This document shows positions 24,686 through 36,947 of a DNA stretch of 64,000 bases, piece after piece; position 1 is the stretch's first letter, and each line of letters begins with the position of its first letter. Under the pieces are notes generated by a model. It was not told the DNA's origin, did no database searches, and was given only the letters and a program-made list of their open reading frames with translations. The position numbers were made by a program, and so were the translations under genes. The DNA comes from Hormiphora californensis. Lineage: Eukaryota; Animalia; Ctenophora. The stretch is from contig CM035350.1 of NCBI GenBank assembly GCA_020137815.1, positions 8,928,001 through 8,992,000 on the forward strand, written 5' to 3'.

Positions 24686-26098
24686 CTACGGTAAATAACC
24701 CTTAGCTTTGTACTTCAATCTCTTCAACTGTAACATTTCAGTCTGAACAGTTACTAACTGGTGTAACAGTCTATTAGTTGTCTCCTGGAGTTGTGCTATA
24801 TCACTGACAGATGGTGGCTGCTGCTGCTGCTGTGATGCTGTAGAATTAGGTGTTGCCATGACGATACACGGTGGTTGCTGTGACGTCACGTGGTGTGGCA
24901 ATGACGTCACGTGGTGTGGCAATGACGTCATGTTCTGCGTCAACACTGATTGGTTTAACAGGTGGCTTGGTAAGGCGAATGAGCCGTTGTTTAAAACCAC
25001 GCTGCCAGGTGGAGGGTTATTTGAACTGTTAGGCATGGAAAATAGTATGGGTCCTGGGAAGGGTTGTTGTTGTTGTTCTGGGTGTGTGGTAGGTTGTGTA
25101 GGATCTGATACAGGTGTGAGGGAGAGGACGAGTCGGGCAGATTGTGGGATCAGAGTGGGATCAACTGGGTCGGATACCTTCACTAATTGGGCTGGTGAAA
25201 TCGATTGAGCAGATTGGAGTCGTGGGGTTTGTTCAGGATGGTTTGATACGGGCTCAATTGAGCGTTGTGACAAGTGTTTTTGTAGTACGGGCTCAACTGA
25301 GCGTTGTGACAAGTGTTTTTGTAGTACGGGCACGATTGGACGTGGTGATGGGTGTTGTTGTACTACGGGCACGATTGGTGATGGGTGCTGTTGTACTACG
25401 GGCACGACTGGGTGTGGTGATGGGTGTTGATGTACTACGGGCACGACTGGTTGTGGTGATGGGTGTTGTTGTACTACGGGCACGATTGGGGTAGGAGGTT
25501 CTACTTCCATCACCTCCTCCTTCACTACCACTGTATCACCCTGGTTACCATGGTTACTGGGGGTTACTGGGGTGTTTTGGTTATCGGGTGTTTGTGGTGT
25601 TTCCTGGTTGCCATGGTTACCATGTGTTGGTGGCGTTTCTTGATTACCAGGTGGTGTTTCCTGGTTGGGTGACTGATGATCCAGCAGGTGATGTCTCACC
25701 CTCCTGGCAATCCACTAAAGTTTTGACAATGGGCAAGTTGTGGACCTCCGCAAATAGGCACAGCACCTGCACCTCCGAGTTAGTTAGCTTTAATTCCCCG
25801 GCCCCTTCCTCACTCCTCTTACACTTTAGCGTGGCAGAAGACTGAATGTCGATGAACTTTTTCCGAACTTTCTCCCAGGGCCGAAGGTGAACTCCATTTA
25901 ACTTTGCCGACCTTCACTGCAATTGCCTTCCATATCTTCTGCTTATCTCTGTTTGACACCTGGGACCCGAATAATGTGGAGTAAACCGTCTTCACCTCAT
26001 CGAACAACACATCCACCTCCTCGGGTGCCCAATTCTGGACCTCTGTCACGGCGTTTCCACGGTTTGTTCTGGATCTCTGAATGCATCTCTAGCTCCAT
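24686..26098 (-). CDS. Myb/SANT-like (MSANTD/NAIF1-type) DNA-binding protein with Pro/Gln repeats
   Basis: NWAPEEVDVLFDEV...LFG...KQKIWKAIAVKV...KVRKKFIDI; 13-aa PxVPVVQQHPSP repeats; C-terminal coiled coil; apparent frameshifts between segments. Confidence 0.7.
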
Positions 26099-26626
26099 TT
26101 CTTTAGTTGAAAGATGAATTAGGTCTCAACACGGGGTGGGTATACTGACATAGGTAGTAGGGCTAGGAAACATGATATTGTTAGACAATAAGATTGGATA
26201 AATCAAACTAGCAAACAAAGTTATTTGAGAAACTTATGAACTAGGTTGTTGGAGTAAATTAACAACTATAACGAAAGAGAGACAGATCGAATTAATGCTA
26301 ACCTACTAGCTAAACTGATGAATCACTACCATTAGTGACAATATACTGGGCTGAGCACTGAAGCAAGTACAATCCTATAGACCATCAATAAGTTGTCTTG
26401 AGTAACACTGGAGTGTACCACGAGTTGCACGAGAACTATCTATGTTCGACATTGTGCCCATTAGCACACAACGGACAAACAGTATACCACAGCACACAAA
26501 GAGAGAGAGAGCGGAAAATACAAAATGTACACTCTCGCTAAGGCAGCGTCTATAAAACGACCTTAAATATCTCTCTCAGTGTGTGCTCTGTCATTAACTC
26601 CTTATTAGATGGGACACGTGACTTGC

Positions 26627-28404
26627 TCACGTGGTACAACATTGGCCAATCAGAGCAGAGGAAGGCCAGCTTACCGCCATTACATGTGAGCAACATGGGA
26701 CAAAATAGAGCTGGTCTGTGGGAGGAAGGGAGGGAGGGAGAGAGAAAGAGAGAGAGAGCGAGAGAAAGGGGGATGAAATAAAATAGAGGGAGGGGAAGTT
26801 AGGATCGACTATTGAGGCAGCGTCGAGAAGAGATAGAGAGAGAGAGAGAGCGGGGCTGATAAACCTAAGATGGGGTATCACATACACAATTAAAAAATGA
26901 AACCGTGATTGTAAAACTTTGGGCCCATCTCTGATTACCGACCACTCCTCTACCTATCTCGCAGGCCCCCGCCCCCAACCAGCACGGAGAAGACAAAAAC
27001 CCAAACCCTTCTAATCTCACAACCCCACACCCCCACTTGTTATGTTCCTCCTTTACATTTGTGGGGCGTGGTGAAACAGGGCCAAGCAAGGCAACACAGT
27101 ACATACCAGGTTTGAGCCACGTGTATGGAGAGGAATCATAAGGATGCTTTGTGACTCTATCATATTTCCACGTGTAGAACATAACATGATGGATCTCCAG
27201 CCACTTTCCAAACAACCCTAAAGGCGAGGGCTTGGTAGACTTGGTTGAGGAGGGCGAGGAGGGGGTCCAGACGGTGGCAGCCATGTTGGTGGCACCCATA
27301 TCCATCTGATTAAAGCAGTCCTCCCCACATGACACACCTGGAATGTGGAGTGATGATTTTAGTAACCCTGGTAACATTATCATGGACTAAATTGTACTAA
27401 ATTAAACACATTACCATGGAAACTAACAATAAGCGATTTAACGAGCGTTATTACTAACCGGTCATAACTAGGTAGTGTCCGGTGGAGGTGTGCTTGAGAC
27501 GAAGTTCTGTTTTATTAATCTGGATCACATCGTGGCGGTCCGATACCACCTCCACCGTCCAGTCTGTATCTTCACTGGCATCCGATCCCTTTGTTGTGAC
27601 CTGGAGAGAGGGAGGAGCTAATCATGGGGGTAGGTAGATATACACATTCTCTCTATTATACCCGTGCCTACTGAGCTAATGATAGATAAACACTCTCAAT
27701 GTCTCCCGAAGTAAAGGGATTATCAACCCCAAATATTATATTTGCAATAGCGATAGAATTCACATTTGTTGTGCCCCTACCATGATTGCAAGATCTGAAG
27801 TGGTGGTATTCCGGTTGAGGTTCACTGTCAGTAGGGTGTCTGTGTAGTGGTGCCTCAATACCACCGTGCTTCCGTCCTTCAGCGGCTGCATTTCTGAGGA
27901 ATTTAAATAGTTTAGTTTTAGCAATCTTACGAAAAATCAAGTTTGACAAATAATCGTGATCGGTTATGTCATACTGTCAATTGATTCATCTGCTTCATTC
28001 CTTGTATGAAAAAGATACGTGTATTATCAACTAACCTTCGTCAGATCCTACAGCTGTAATTCTCCACAGGTTATTTCCATCGTCCCCTTCATAACATGTC
28101 ACCTGCTGAAACTCTTCCTCCTCCCCCTCCCTCCAATTGAAGGGGTGCGAGTGCAGGTTACACGATAGTGGGTCAGTGGTATGCAGGTTGATAGTGTCTC
28201 CACTCATCACCAACCCATCACTATCTGCGTAGATGTTGCCTTGGAGGGTAACCTGAAGAAATGGGAGGGGGTTCTTAGGTCTAGGGAGGGTTTATGTTTT
28301 TAGCCTAGGAGATGACACCGGTGGGGTTGTACGGAATTTTATTCGCAGTGGATTGCAGAGTTGTTTGTTGGTAGCACAGCTGTTTGTTTAACCGCAGCAG
28401 AGCG

Positions 28405-28479
<75 letters not shown>

Positions 28480-29475
28480 TGCTTCAGTGAGGATATACAT
28501 CTTCACACGTCCATACAGAAACACTCACAGAATCGTTAAATATAACAGACACCATTTGATATGCTATGGACATTGGGCAGCTCAGCTGGTTCGAGAAAAC
28601 TCGCAATTTGGACCAACCTGAAATTGAGGAGAGAGAAACTTATCAGAATCCCCAGCCCTGTACGATACACCCAGGAACGCAGCGTACACAGCAAGGTAAA
28701 TAACCAGGGGAGCAATGGTTACCATGGTAACAACGGTCATGAAGCGCTTCCATAGCAACTGGACAGGAGTCTCCTGATCTGCAAACTTGCTAAACTCGTG
28801 CCGTACAGTCAGGAATGCAATAAGTAACCATGGTACCAGCCCATAGTGAAGGGTAGAAACACACAACCCAAGGAGGGTGGAGAGAGCTCCAAGAGTAACC
28901 CAGGAGTAGTGATGTTGAGATAGGAGGACCAGCCTCCGATGACAAAGCACCGCTGCGAGTGTGAAACTCACCAACAAAGGAGTTGGGGAGATAAACCGGG
29001 ATTCTGTGAAGAGAACGCTGTTACACAATGAAAACACGGCACCAACTATTGACACTGGGAGGGAGATGCTCTCCTGACGTAGGATCCGGTATAAAACCAC
29101 TGGAACAGAAGCACTAGCCAGCGCTGAGACAAGCCTGAAGTAATGAAGAACAAGAAGGGTATCGTGAGGTGTTACAGATGATATCACTTCATCCCCTAGG
29201 CCAAGGAGAGAAGTTACCCCCGCCAGGATTAGGGTGTGTAGGGGAGGGCAGGGTTGGAGGTGAAACCGGTTTGTTAGGATGGCCCGGACCCAGTCCACAA
29301 TGTGTTCCTCGTTGAGTACATAGTAGTCAGGTTTACTCAGGAGGGTGAGGTGGAGTACAAAGGAAAAAAGGGAGATGACAATAAGTGGGAGGTCAACTGG
29401 GATAGTCAGATCTTTCGTGAGTATACTCGGGTCAATTGTAGAAACGGGTTTCTTCTCCTTCGCTCTGACTACCAT
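26627..29475 (-). CDS. Protein O-mannosyltransferase-like (POMT1-like): PMT membrane domain plus MIR domain
   Basis: Multi-TM exon with ESRFI and GDSDKFLSPQFQ; MIR motifs LHSHPF, QQVTCY, NNLWRI and LRLKH; WLEIHHVMF...HPYDSSPYTW. The 3' end is uncertain. Confidence 0.75.
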
Positions 29476-29700
29476 CCTAGTCAATGGAGGGAGGATTTAT
29501 TAGAAAAATATTGGACAGAAACAAACATTTGATTTTCAATTTTGAAATGTAAAAGTTTTAAAAAGCGGTACGAAAATCGTCTGGTAAATAAAAAGAAACT
29601 GATTGTCTGTTACCACCCATAAACAATGACACGAAATGTACTTCTCGCCAATACAAATTGTCTTACAGTAGCCGTTACCAAAGTTCTCTGATATCTGCCA

Positions 29701-30921
29701 CTACCAAAGTCTATGTCTAGGTTTCATTCTCCTCAACTCCAGGGGATGAACCATGGTATACCCCCTCTCACTGGCCACCCCATCAACCATCTTCCGCCAG
29801 TGCCGCTTCTGACGATCGGGTGCCTTGAACCCAAACTTGACTGCTGCAATTGTTTCCGCAAACATCTTCTTAATCTTCACCTCCACCACCAGTGACACGT
29901 CATTGAGCTCATCAGCCAGGGTGGAGAAGTTAAAGGTCTGGTTGAACCGGGGTGATGAACCACGGGTTTGTTTCGTTTTAGCACGTGCGGCAGGTGTTCT
30001 GACCGTGGTGGAGTTGTTCCGGAATGTTAGCTTTACATACACCTTAGTTGGTATGACAGTCGAGCCGGATCGGGGAGATCCAAGACCCTGGATCTCGTTT
30101 ATTGTCACAACGATCATCTCTCTTTGAAGGCTGTACATGAGATCAAGTTTCAGGCAGGGGCCCTTCTGGGTCACATTACTCATCAGGAAATCATAGGTCC
30201 CCACGAACCCCGAGTGAAGATCCTTCCAGTGAACCAGGGTCTTGCAGGGTAGATCAAAGTTCCCATACTGCCTCTGAGTTCCCGTATCATCCCGGGACCA
30301 CAATGAGAACCACAGTGTTGTGTGGTAGAGCGCTGTTTCATTCAAATTGTTAAAGGTAACTCCCTCTTTCCCGACCAGCTCTCCGACAACGTTTGAGTAA
30401 ACCATGGCCACACTCACACATCTGTCCTTGAGGTTGCGGACCCGGACCCAGGCCTCCCTTTTCTGGATCATAGGATGGAAGTTACCCACGCTGATAATCT
30501 TGATCTCCAGGGTGTTGTTCCGGTACAAAAAGCACAGTTTCGCCTCTGCGATCTTGTCTTGGAGAAGTCTTTGCTCCTGTTCCCATCGACTCAAAACAGT
30601 TGAGTTCCTCTCGAGGTAAAATGGGGTGAAGGGACAAGGTTCAAGGGTTACCGGAGAGGGAAGTGGAGATGGTATAGGTGTATGTGTATGTGGTACCTCA
30701 GCACGACCAGGCGGGTTGTATTGAATAGGTGTAGGTGGTCCTATAAGAGGCAGGTCAGTTGGAATATTTATGATAACACTAGGTCTACTAGGTTTACGGT
30801 CTTTGTCAGGCGTGTATACTGATTGTAGTTTGCTTCTCAGAAGTCGGATACAGAAGCAAGCAATGCTGGAGACAGCGAGGGAAGAGAGAACAGCGGTTAC
30901 TGCAGCCAACCAAAATACCAT
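29701..30921 (-). CDS. Synaptotagmin-like protein (N-terminal TM plus two divergent C2 domains), intronless
   Basis: Hydrophobic N-terminus with Cys cluster; C2B-like LDLMYSLQREMIVVTI, YVKL, KTKQTRGSSPRFNQTFNF, LVVEV and RHWRKMV. Confidence 0.75.
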   Translation of the reverse strand: MVFWLAAVTAVLSSLAVSSIACFCIRLLRSKLQSVYTPDKDRKPSRPSVIINIPTDLPLIGPPTPIQYNPPGRAEVPHTHTPIPSPLPSPVTLEPCPFTPFYLERNSTVLSRWEQEQRLLQDKIAEAKLCFLYRNNTLEIKIISVGNFHPMIQKREAWVRVRNLKDRCVSVAMVYSNVVGELVGKEGVTFNNLNETALYHTTLWFSLWSRDDTGTQRQYGNFDLPCKTLVHWKDLHSGFVGTYDFLMSNVTQKGPCLKLDLMYSLQREMIVVTINEIQGLGSPRSGSTVIPTKVYVKLTFRNNSTTVRTPAARAKTKQTRGSSPRFNQTFNFSTLADELNDVSLVVEVKIKKMFAETIAAVKFGFKAPDRQKRHWRKMVDGVASERGYTMVHPLELRRMKPRHRLW

Positions 30922-31395
30922 CACGATGACACGACGACCAAATCACTTGCAGCAAGGTCATGAGAGTGTCCGGTTACAAGACCGGATTCCAGTATATCTC
31001 TCCATCTCTCCATCTTCACGAAGGTTCGAGTGACGTAAATCACACCCCGTGGAATCCTTCACGTTTCTCAAACGCTGAATATACCGCACGAGCAACTTAA
31101 CCAGTAATAGAAACCAAAACTTCTACACTACCATACAACACATATCCTCTTTTATATAGTCTGACTCACGACTTGTGAGGGACTAACATATAACACATAT
31201 CCTCTTTTATAAAGTCTGGCCCACGACCTGTGGGAGATTACCATTTACAACCTTTTCTCCTTATACTTACACTATATATAATAATATAAACTATACTATA
31301 TAAATAATATACATTGATTTCATATGTAGATTTGGTCTGACCTCGTATAGGGAAGAGTTTCTTCTTTTTTACTCTCTTTTCTTCTCTCTCCTTTC

Positions 31396-31497
<102 letters not shown>

Positions 31498-31899
31498 TTT
31501 TTTCGTTCCCCCCTCTATCTCCCTCTCTTTCCCCCTTTCTCCTCGTTAGGCGGCATTTTTCTTTCCCGCCACTTTCTTCTAGCAGTTTCTCTCTTTCTCT
31601 TCTTCATCTCTTCCAGCTCCAGCCTTTTTCCGTCCCTTTCTCCTTTTTCGTCTCATTCTCTCTCCTGTTTTAGTTCTTACTCTCTCTTCTTTCTCTTCAT
31701 CTCCCTTTCTTGCCCCAGTCTGTTATCTCTTTCTCTACCCCTTCTGGTATTCACCGCTCAACCCTATTAGGCTCCCTTCCATCCCCCTTTCCTCTTATCT
31801 TCTGTATCCCAGTTCCAGACTACCATCCTCATTACTAGATTTAGTCCGTCCATTACTTCATTTCACTCACTCTCGCTACTGTAATTCAATCTTTCCTTT

Positions 31900-32960
31900 T
31901 CAAAATAGGGGCCATATCGGACAACACTTGCAGATACTGTAATTTAGACTCGGAGTCTAACCATCACATTCTCTGTCACTGTGAAGCCCTTTGGAGAGAA
32001 CGTAACTAACACTTTTTCCACTTCTTCATTCCCATTCCTCACAAGATCGATGCCAGACCCATTCTCAAGTTCCTTCACACCATTGACTTCCTCGCACTCG
32101 TATTTTTGTGACTCTATTACTGACTCGACTGTACTTTTTACTTTTACACTTCTCTTACTTATTTTTCCATTCTTGTTATTTTCTTTGGTTCTACCCCAAT
32201 ACACCCTACCTTCCCATCCTCTCCTACCCTACCTTACTCCCCCCCCCCCTTAGGCACATATATATTCATCTCGATGTTATATTATAAGGTCTTTCTCCTG
32301 TCCTGCACTCGTATATCTGTTCTTGCATCCCAACTCACAAGGAAATAGAAGCCATGATAAGATCCATTGCATCCTGGCTGCTATCTCCACGCCCGCCACC
32401 TTTCCTACCACCCAGGTTATGGTTCCCACAGCCCAAAATCTCCTGGTGGTTCTGTAATGCAGTGTTAACTGGATTGACAGCCATATCCTTCTACCACGAT
32501 CAGCCAAGCACACACAGCTTCCACCCATTTAATATATTCATGAAAACTATATCCACTCCGTTCACTTCCCTTTCCCATATACCTTACCCTCCAACTGTTA
32601 CAGGAACTATGTCTTGACTTAACTTCAACGGACGATAATCCTTCATACATCCACCCTCCATTATAGCCATTCTGATCTCCCCGACTGTCCTCGAGTCATC
32701 ATGGGGACCTCTCAGATCAGAAATGTGCTCCTCAACCTCTCTCTTCTATTCTTCCCGATTCCCACTTCTTCCAAAATCCCTCCACGTCGGAGACATTTCA
32801 AGATCCGGCACGATACCCAGGACAGCGATGTCCCCCGCATCAGACTCTGTGTTCGGTACCAACAAGGGTACCACTGGGTATCGTGTATGTCGGTTGAAGT
32901 AAGACTGAGTTACTGGGGTCTCCCCTATATTTTCCATCAAGGCTAGCATGAAAATACTAT
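31900..32960 (-). mobile_element. Highly degraded non-LTR retrotransposon remnant (tentative)
   Basis: Stop-riddled minus frames with KDYRPLKL and GGRKGGG..SQDAMDLI, resembling early RT motifs. Confidence 0.3.
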
Positions 32961-33251
32961 CAGAGTAGACCAAGATGAGGGGGAGAACTCAGTATCCCAG
33001 GTTCCTAAGACGTCTTTAACAAACAAACAAACTTCTACACTTTCGGCCACAGATTTAAGTAGACTATTCTGAGATAAGGGTTTATTCAATTAATATGTCG
33101 TGATTAAATACTGTTTAATAGCCCAACAAATAAACAGAATTGGGCCTAGTACTGTCCCTTGAGGGACTCCACTGAGTACTTTCCTGAAGGATGATTTGGC
33201 TCCATTGACAGTGACTGTTTGAAGCCTACCAGAAAGGAAGTCCTTTATAAA

Positions 33252-34189
33252 GGACCAGATGGACTATTCAAAAAGCGCCTTTGCCCACACCTTCCTGGAG
33301 AAAAATGAGGTTAACTTTTTGCCCAAAACTGGTGTTAACCTCAATAAATCATAGACTGCAAGTCATAAGACCATGAAGCCGGTTCTAATAGTTAAATCTC
33401 GCCAGGGGTATAGTTTGTATGTAATTTGACAGTCCTAAACCAAGCCATTGGCAAAATTTTAGAGGTTAACATTATTTCCGAAAAGTTACATTTTTGCGAT
33501 TATTTCGTAATAATTTCGTCAGGTCTAGCGGAATTTCCAAACGAGATATCTTAGAACTGGGCCTTGTAATTTGGTAAGAAAGGTCCTAAGTAACTGAATT
33601 AACATTTTGAAGGGAAAAAGGGGTGTGGTTTTTATTTTATTGAGGTTAACATGCTTAAAAGGTGTAATATTTCACTTTTTTTACACTTTTTAAGCATGTT
33701 AACCTCAATAAAATAAAAACCACACCCCTTTTTCCCTTCAAAATGTTAATTCAGTTACTTAGGACCTTTCTTACCAAATTACAAGGCCCAGTTCTAAGAT
33801 ATCTCGTTTGGAAATTCCGCTAGACCTGACGAAATTATTACGAAATAATCGCAAAATGTAACTTTTCGGAAATAATGTTAACCTCTAAAATTTTGCCAAT
33901 GGCTTGGTTTAGGACTGTCAAATTACATACAAACTATACCCCTGGTGAGATTTAACTATTAGAACCGGCTTCATGGTCTTATGACTTGCAGTCAATGATT
34001 TATTGAGGTTAACACCATGTTTGGGCAAAAAGTTAACCTCATTTTTCTCCAGGAAGGTGTGGGCAAAGGTGCTTTTTGAATAGTCCATCTGGTCCGGCTC
34101 TTCGAGCTGAACCAAATATCAAAAGTTAGTTTTTTGACTAAAATACTCGATATTCTCACCGAACAAAAGTGGCATTTCACAGCACTGTG
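33252..34189. mobile_element. Palindromic (foldback) element with a CACAGTG terminus, Transib-like; one end truncated
   Basis: ~410-bp inverted arms around 33660-33690; terminus CACTGTG at 34183-34189; candidate 5-bp TSD TAAAG on the minus strand. Confidence 0.65.
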
Positions 34190-34584
34190 CTTTATCCAGT
34201 TGAGCAAGGTACCTCGTATTCCAAGTTTTTCGAGCTTGGCATTCAAAATAGAGTGGTTGACCTTGTCGAAAGCTTTGGAATAGTCCAAGTAGACAACGTC
34301 AACCTCGTTTCCACTGTTCATTTCTCTCATGATGTGGTCGTAATGTTCTAAGAGCTGTGTGAGACAACTTCAGTTCTTTCTGAACCCATGCTGATTTCCT
34401 GGGATGAGGTTGTTACTCTCTAGATGGTCCACCAGATGGTTGCGAACTACTCTGTCGAAGGTCTTTTACAGGTTTGACGTCAAGGATACTGGACGATAGT
34501 TAGCCACATTGGTTTTGTCTCCTTTTTTGAAGATCGGTGAGATGTACTGGAGTTTCAAGCTCATGGGTACAGTTTCATTCCTAA

Positions 34585-34838
34585 GGGGAAACTCTAACTG
34601 AATGGCATCCCATTAATGGGATCCCATCAACAGTAAAACTCTAACTGATAATGGACCACAGTGATGGTTCTTTCTCTGTATTCTCTCTGTAGGCAGTACA
34701 TTGGGCATCAATGCCCGGGCACGGGCGCGCACACAGAGAGAATACAGAGAAAGAACCATCACTATGGTCCATTATCAGTTAGAGTTTTACTGTTGATGGG
34801 ATCCCATTAATGGGATGCCATTCAGTTAGAGTTTCCCC
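34585..34838. mobile_element. PIF/Harbinger-type MITE, copy 1 (junction of the inverted triplication)
   Basis: GGGGAAACTCTAACTGAATGG...CCATTCAGTTAGAGTTTCCCC. Confidence 0.85.
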
Positions 34839-35233
34839 TTAGGAATGAAACTGTACCCATGAGCTTGAAACTCCAGTACATCTCACCGATCTTCAAAAAA
34901 GGAGACAAAACCAATGTGGCTAACTATCGTCCAGTATCCTTGACGTCAAACCTGTAAAAGACCTTCGACAGAGTAGTTCGCAACCATCTGGTGGACCATC
35001 TAGAGAGTAACAACCTCATCCCAGGAAATCAGCATGGGTTCAGAAAGAACTGAAGTTGTCTCACACAGCTCTTAGAACATTACGACCACATCATGAGAGA
35101 AATGAACAGTGGAAACGAGGTTGACGTTGTCTACTTGGACTATTCCAAAGCTTTCGACAAGGTCAACCACTCTATTTTGAATGCCAAGCTCGAAAAACTT
35201 GGAATACGAGGTACCTTGCTCAACTGGATAAAG

Positions 35234-36264
35234 CACAGTGCTGTGAAATGCCACTTTTGTTCGGTGAGAATATCGAGTATTTTAGTCAAAAAACTAACTT
35301 TTGATATTTGGTTCAGCTCGAAGAGCCGGACCAGATGGACTATTCAAAAAGCACCTTTGCCCACACCTTCCTGGAGAAAAATGAGGTTAACTTTTTGCCC
35401 AAACATGGTGTTAACCTCAATAAATCATTGACTGCAAGTCATAAGACCATGAAGCCGGTTCTAATAGTTAAATCTCACCAGGGGTATAGTTTGTATGTAA
35501 TTTGACAGTCCTAAACCAAGCCATTGGCAAAATTTTAGAGGTTAACATTATTTCCGAAAAGTTACATTTTGCGATTATTTCGTAATAATTTCGTCAGGTC
35601 TAGCGGAATTTCCAAACGAGATATCTTAGAACTGGGCCTTGTAATTTGGTAAGAAAGGTCCTAAGTAACTGAATTAACATTTTGAAGGGAAAAAGGGGTG
35701 TGGTTTTTATTTTATTGAGGTTAACATGCTTAAAAAGTGTAAAAAAAGTGAAATATTACACCTTTTAAGCATGTTAACCTCAATAAAATAAAAACCACAC
35801 CCCTTTTTCCCTTCAAAATGTTAATTCAGTTACTTAGGACCTTTCTTACCAAATTACAAGGCCCAGTTCTAAGATATCTCGTTTGGAAATTCCGCTAGAC
35901 CTGACGAAATTATTACGAAATAATCGCAAAATGTAACTTTTCGGAAATAATGTTAACCTCTAAAATTTTGCCAATGGCTTGGTTTAGGACTGTCAAATTA
36001 CATACAAACTATACCCCTGGTGAGATTTAACTATTAGAACCGGCTTCATGGTCTTATGACTTGCAGTCAATGATTTATTGAGGTTAACACCATGTTTGGG
36101 CAAAAAGTTAACCTCATTTTTCTCCAGGAAGGTGTGGGCAAAGGTGCTTTTTGAATAGTCCATCTGGTCCGGCTCTTCGAGCTGAACCAAATATCAAAAG
36201 TTAGTTTTTTGACTAAAATACTCGATATTCTCACCGAACAAAAGTGGCATTTCACAGCACTGTG
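35234..36264. mobile_element. Second copy of the CACAGTG foldback element, with both termini
   Basis: CACAGTG at 35234 and CACTGTG ending at 36264; near-perfect palindrome. Confidence 0.75.
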
Positions 36265-36659
36265 CTTTATCCAGTTGAGCAAGGTACCTCGTATTCCAAG
36301 TTTTTCGAGCTTGGCATTCAAAATAGAGTGGTTGACCTTGTCGAAAGCTTTGGAATAGTCCAAGTAGACAACGTCAACCTCGTTTCCACTGTTCATTTCT
36401 CTCATGATGTGGTCGTAATGTTCTAAGAGCTGTGTGAGACAACTTCAGTTCTTTCTGAACCCATGCTGATTTCCTGGGATGAGGTTGTTACTCTCTAGAT
36501 GGTCCACCAGATGGTTGCGAACTACTCTGTCGAAGGTCTTTTACAGGTTTGACGTCAAGGATACTGGACGATAGTTAGCCACATTGGTTTTGTCTCCTTT
36601 TTTGAAGATCGGTGAGATGTACTGGAGTTTCAAGCTCATGGGTACAGTTTCATTCCTAA

Positions 36660-36913
36660 GGGGAAACTCTAACTGAATGGCATCCCATTAATGGGATCCC
36701 ATCAACAGTAAAACTCTAACTGATAATGGACCACAGTGATGGTTCTTTCTCTGTATTCTCTCTGTAGGCAGTACATTGGGCATCAATGCCCGGGCACGGG
36801 CGCGCACACAGAGAGAATACAGAGAAAGAACCATCACTATGGTCCATTATCAGTTAGAGTTTTACTGTTGATGGGATCCCATTAATGGGATGCCATTCAG
36901 TTAGAGTTTCCCC
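36660..36913. mobile_element. PIF/Harbinger-type MITE, copy 2 (original flanks)
   Basis: ~105-bp TIRs; TAA TSD at 36657-36659 and 36914-36916; removing it restores the LINE frame. Confidence 0.88.
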
Positions 36914-36947
36914 TAAGTGACCGCTCCCAAAGCAAGTAGAGAGGTTC

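Noticed and set aside
33918-36426. Three identical 112-aa RT-like ORFs as a gene family
   Set aside because: Chimeric LINE/foldback read-through repeated by the inverted triplication; upstream in-frame stops.
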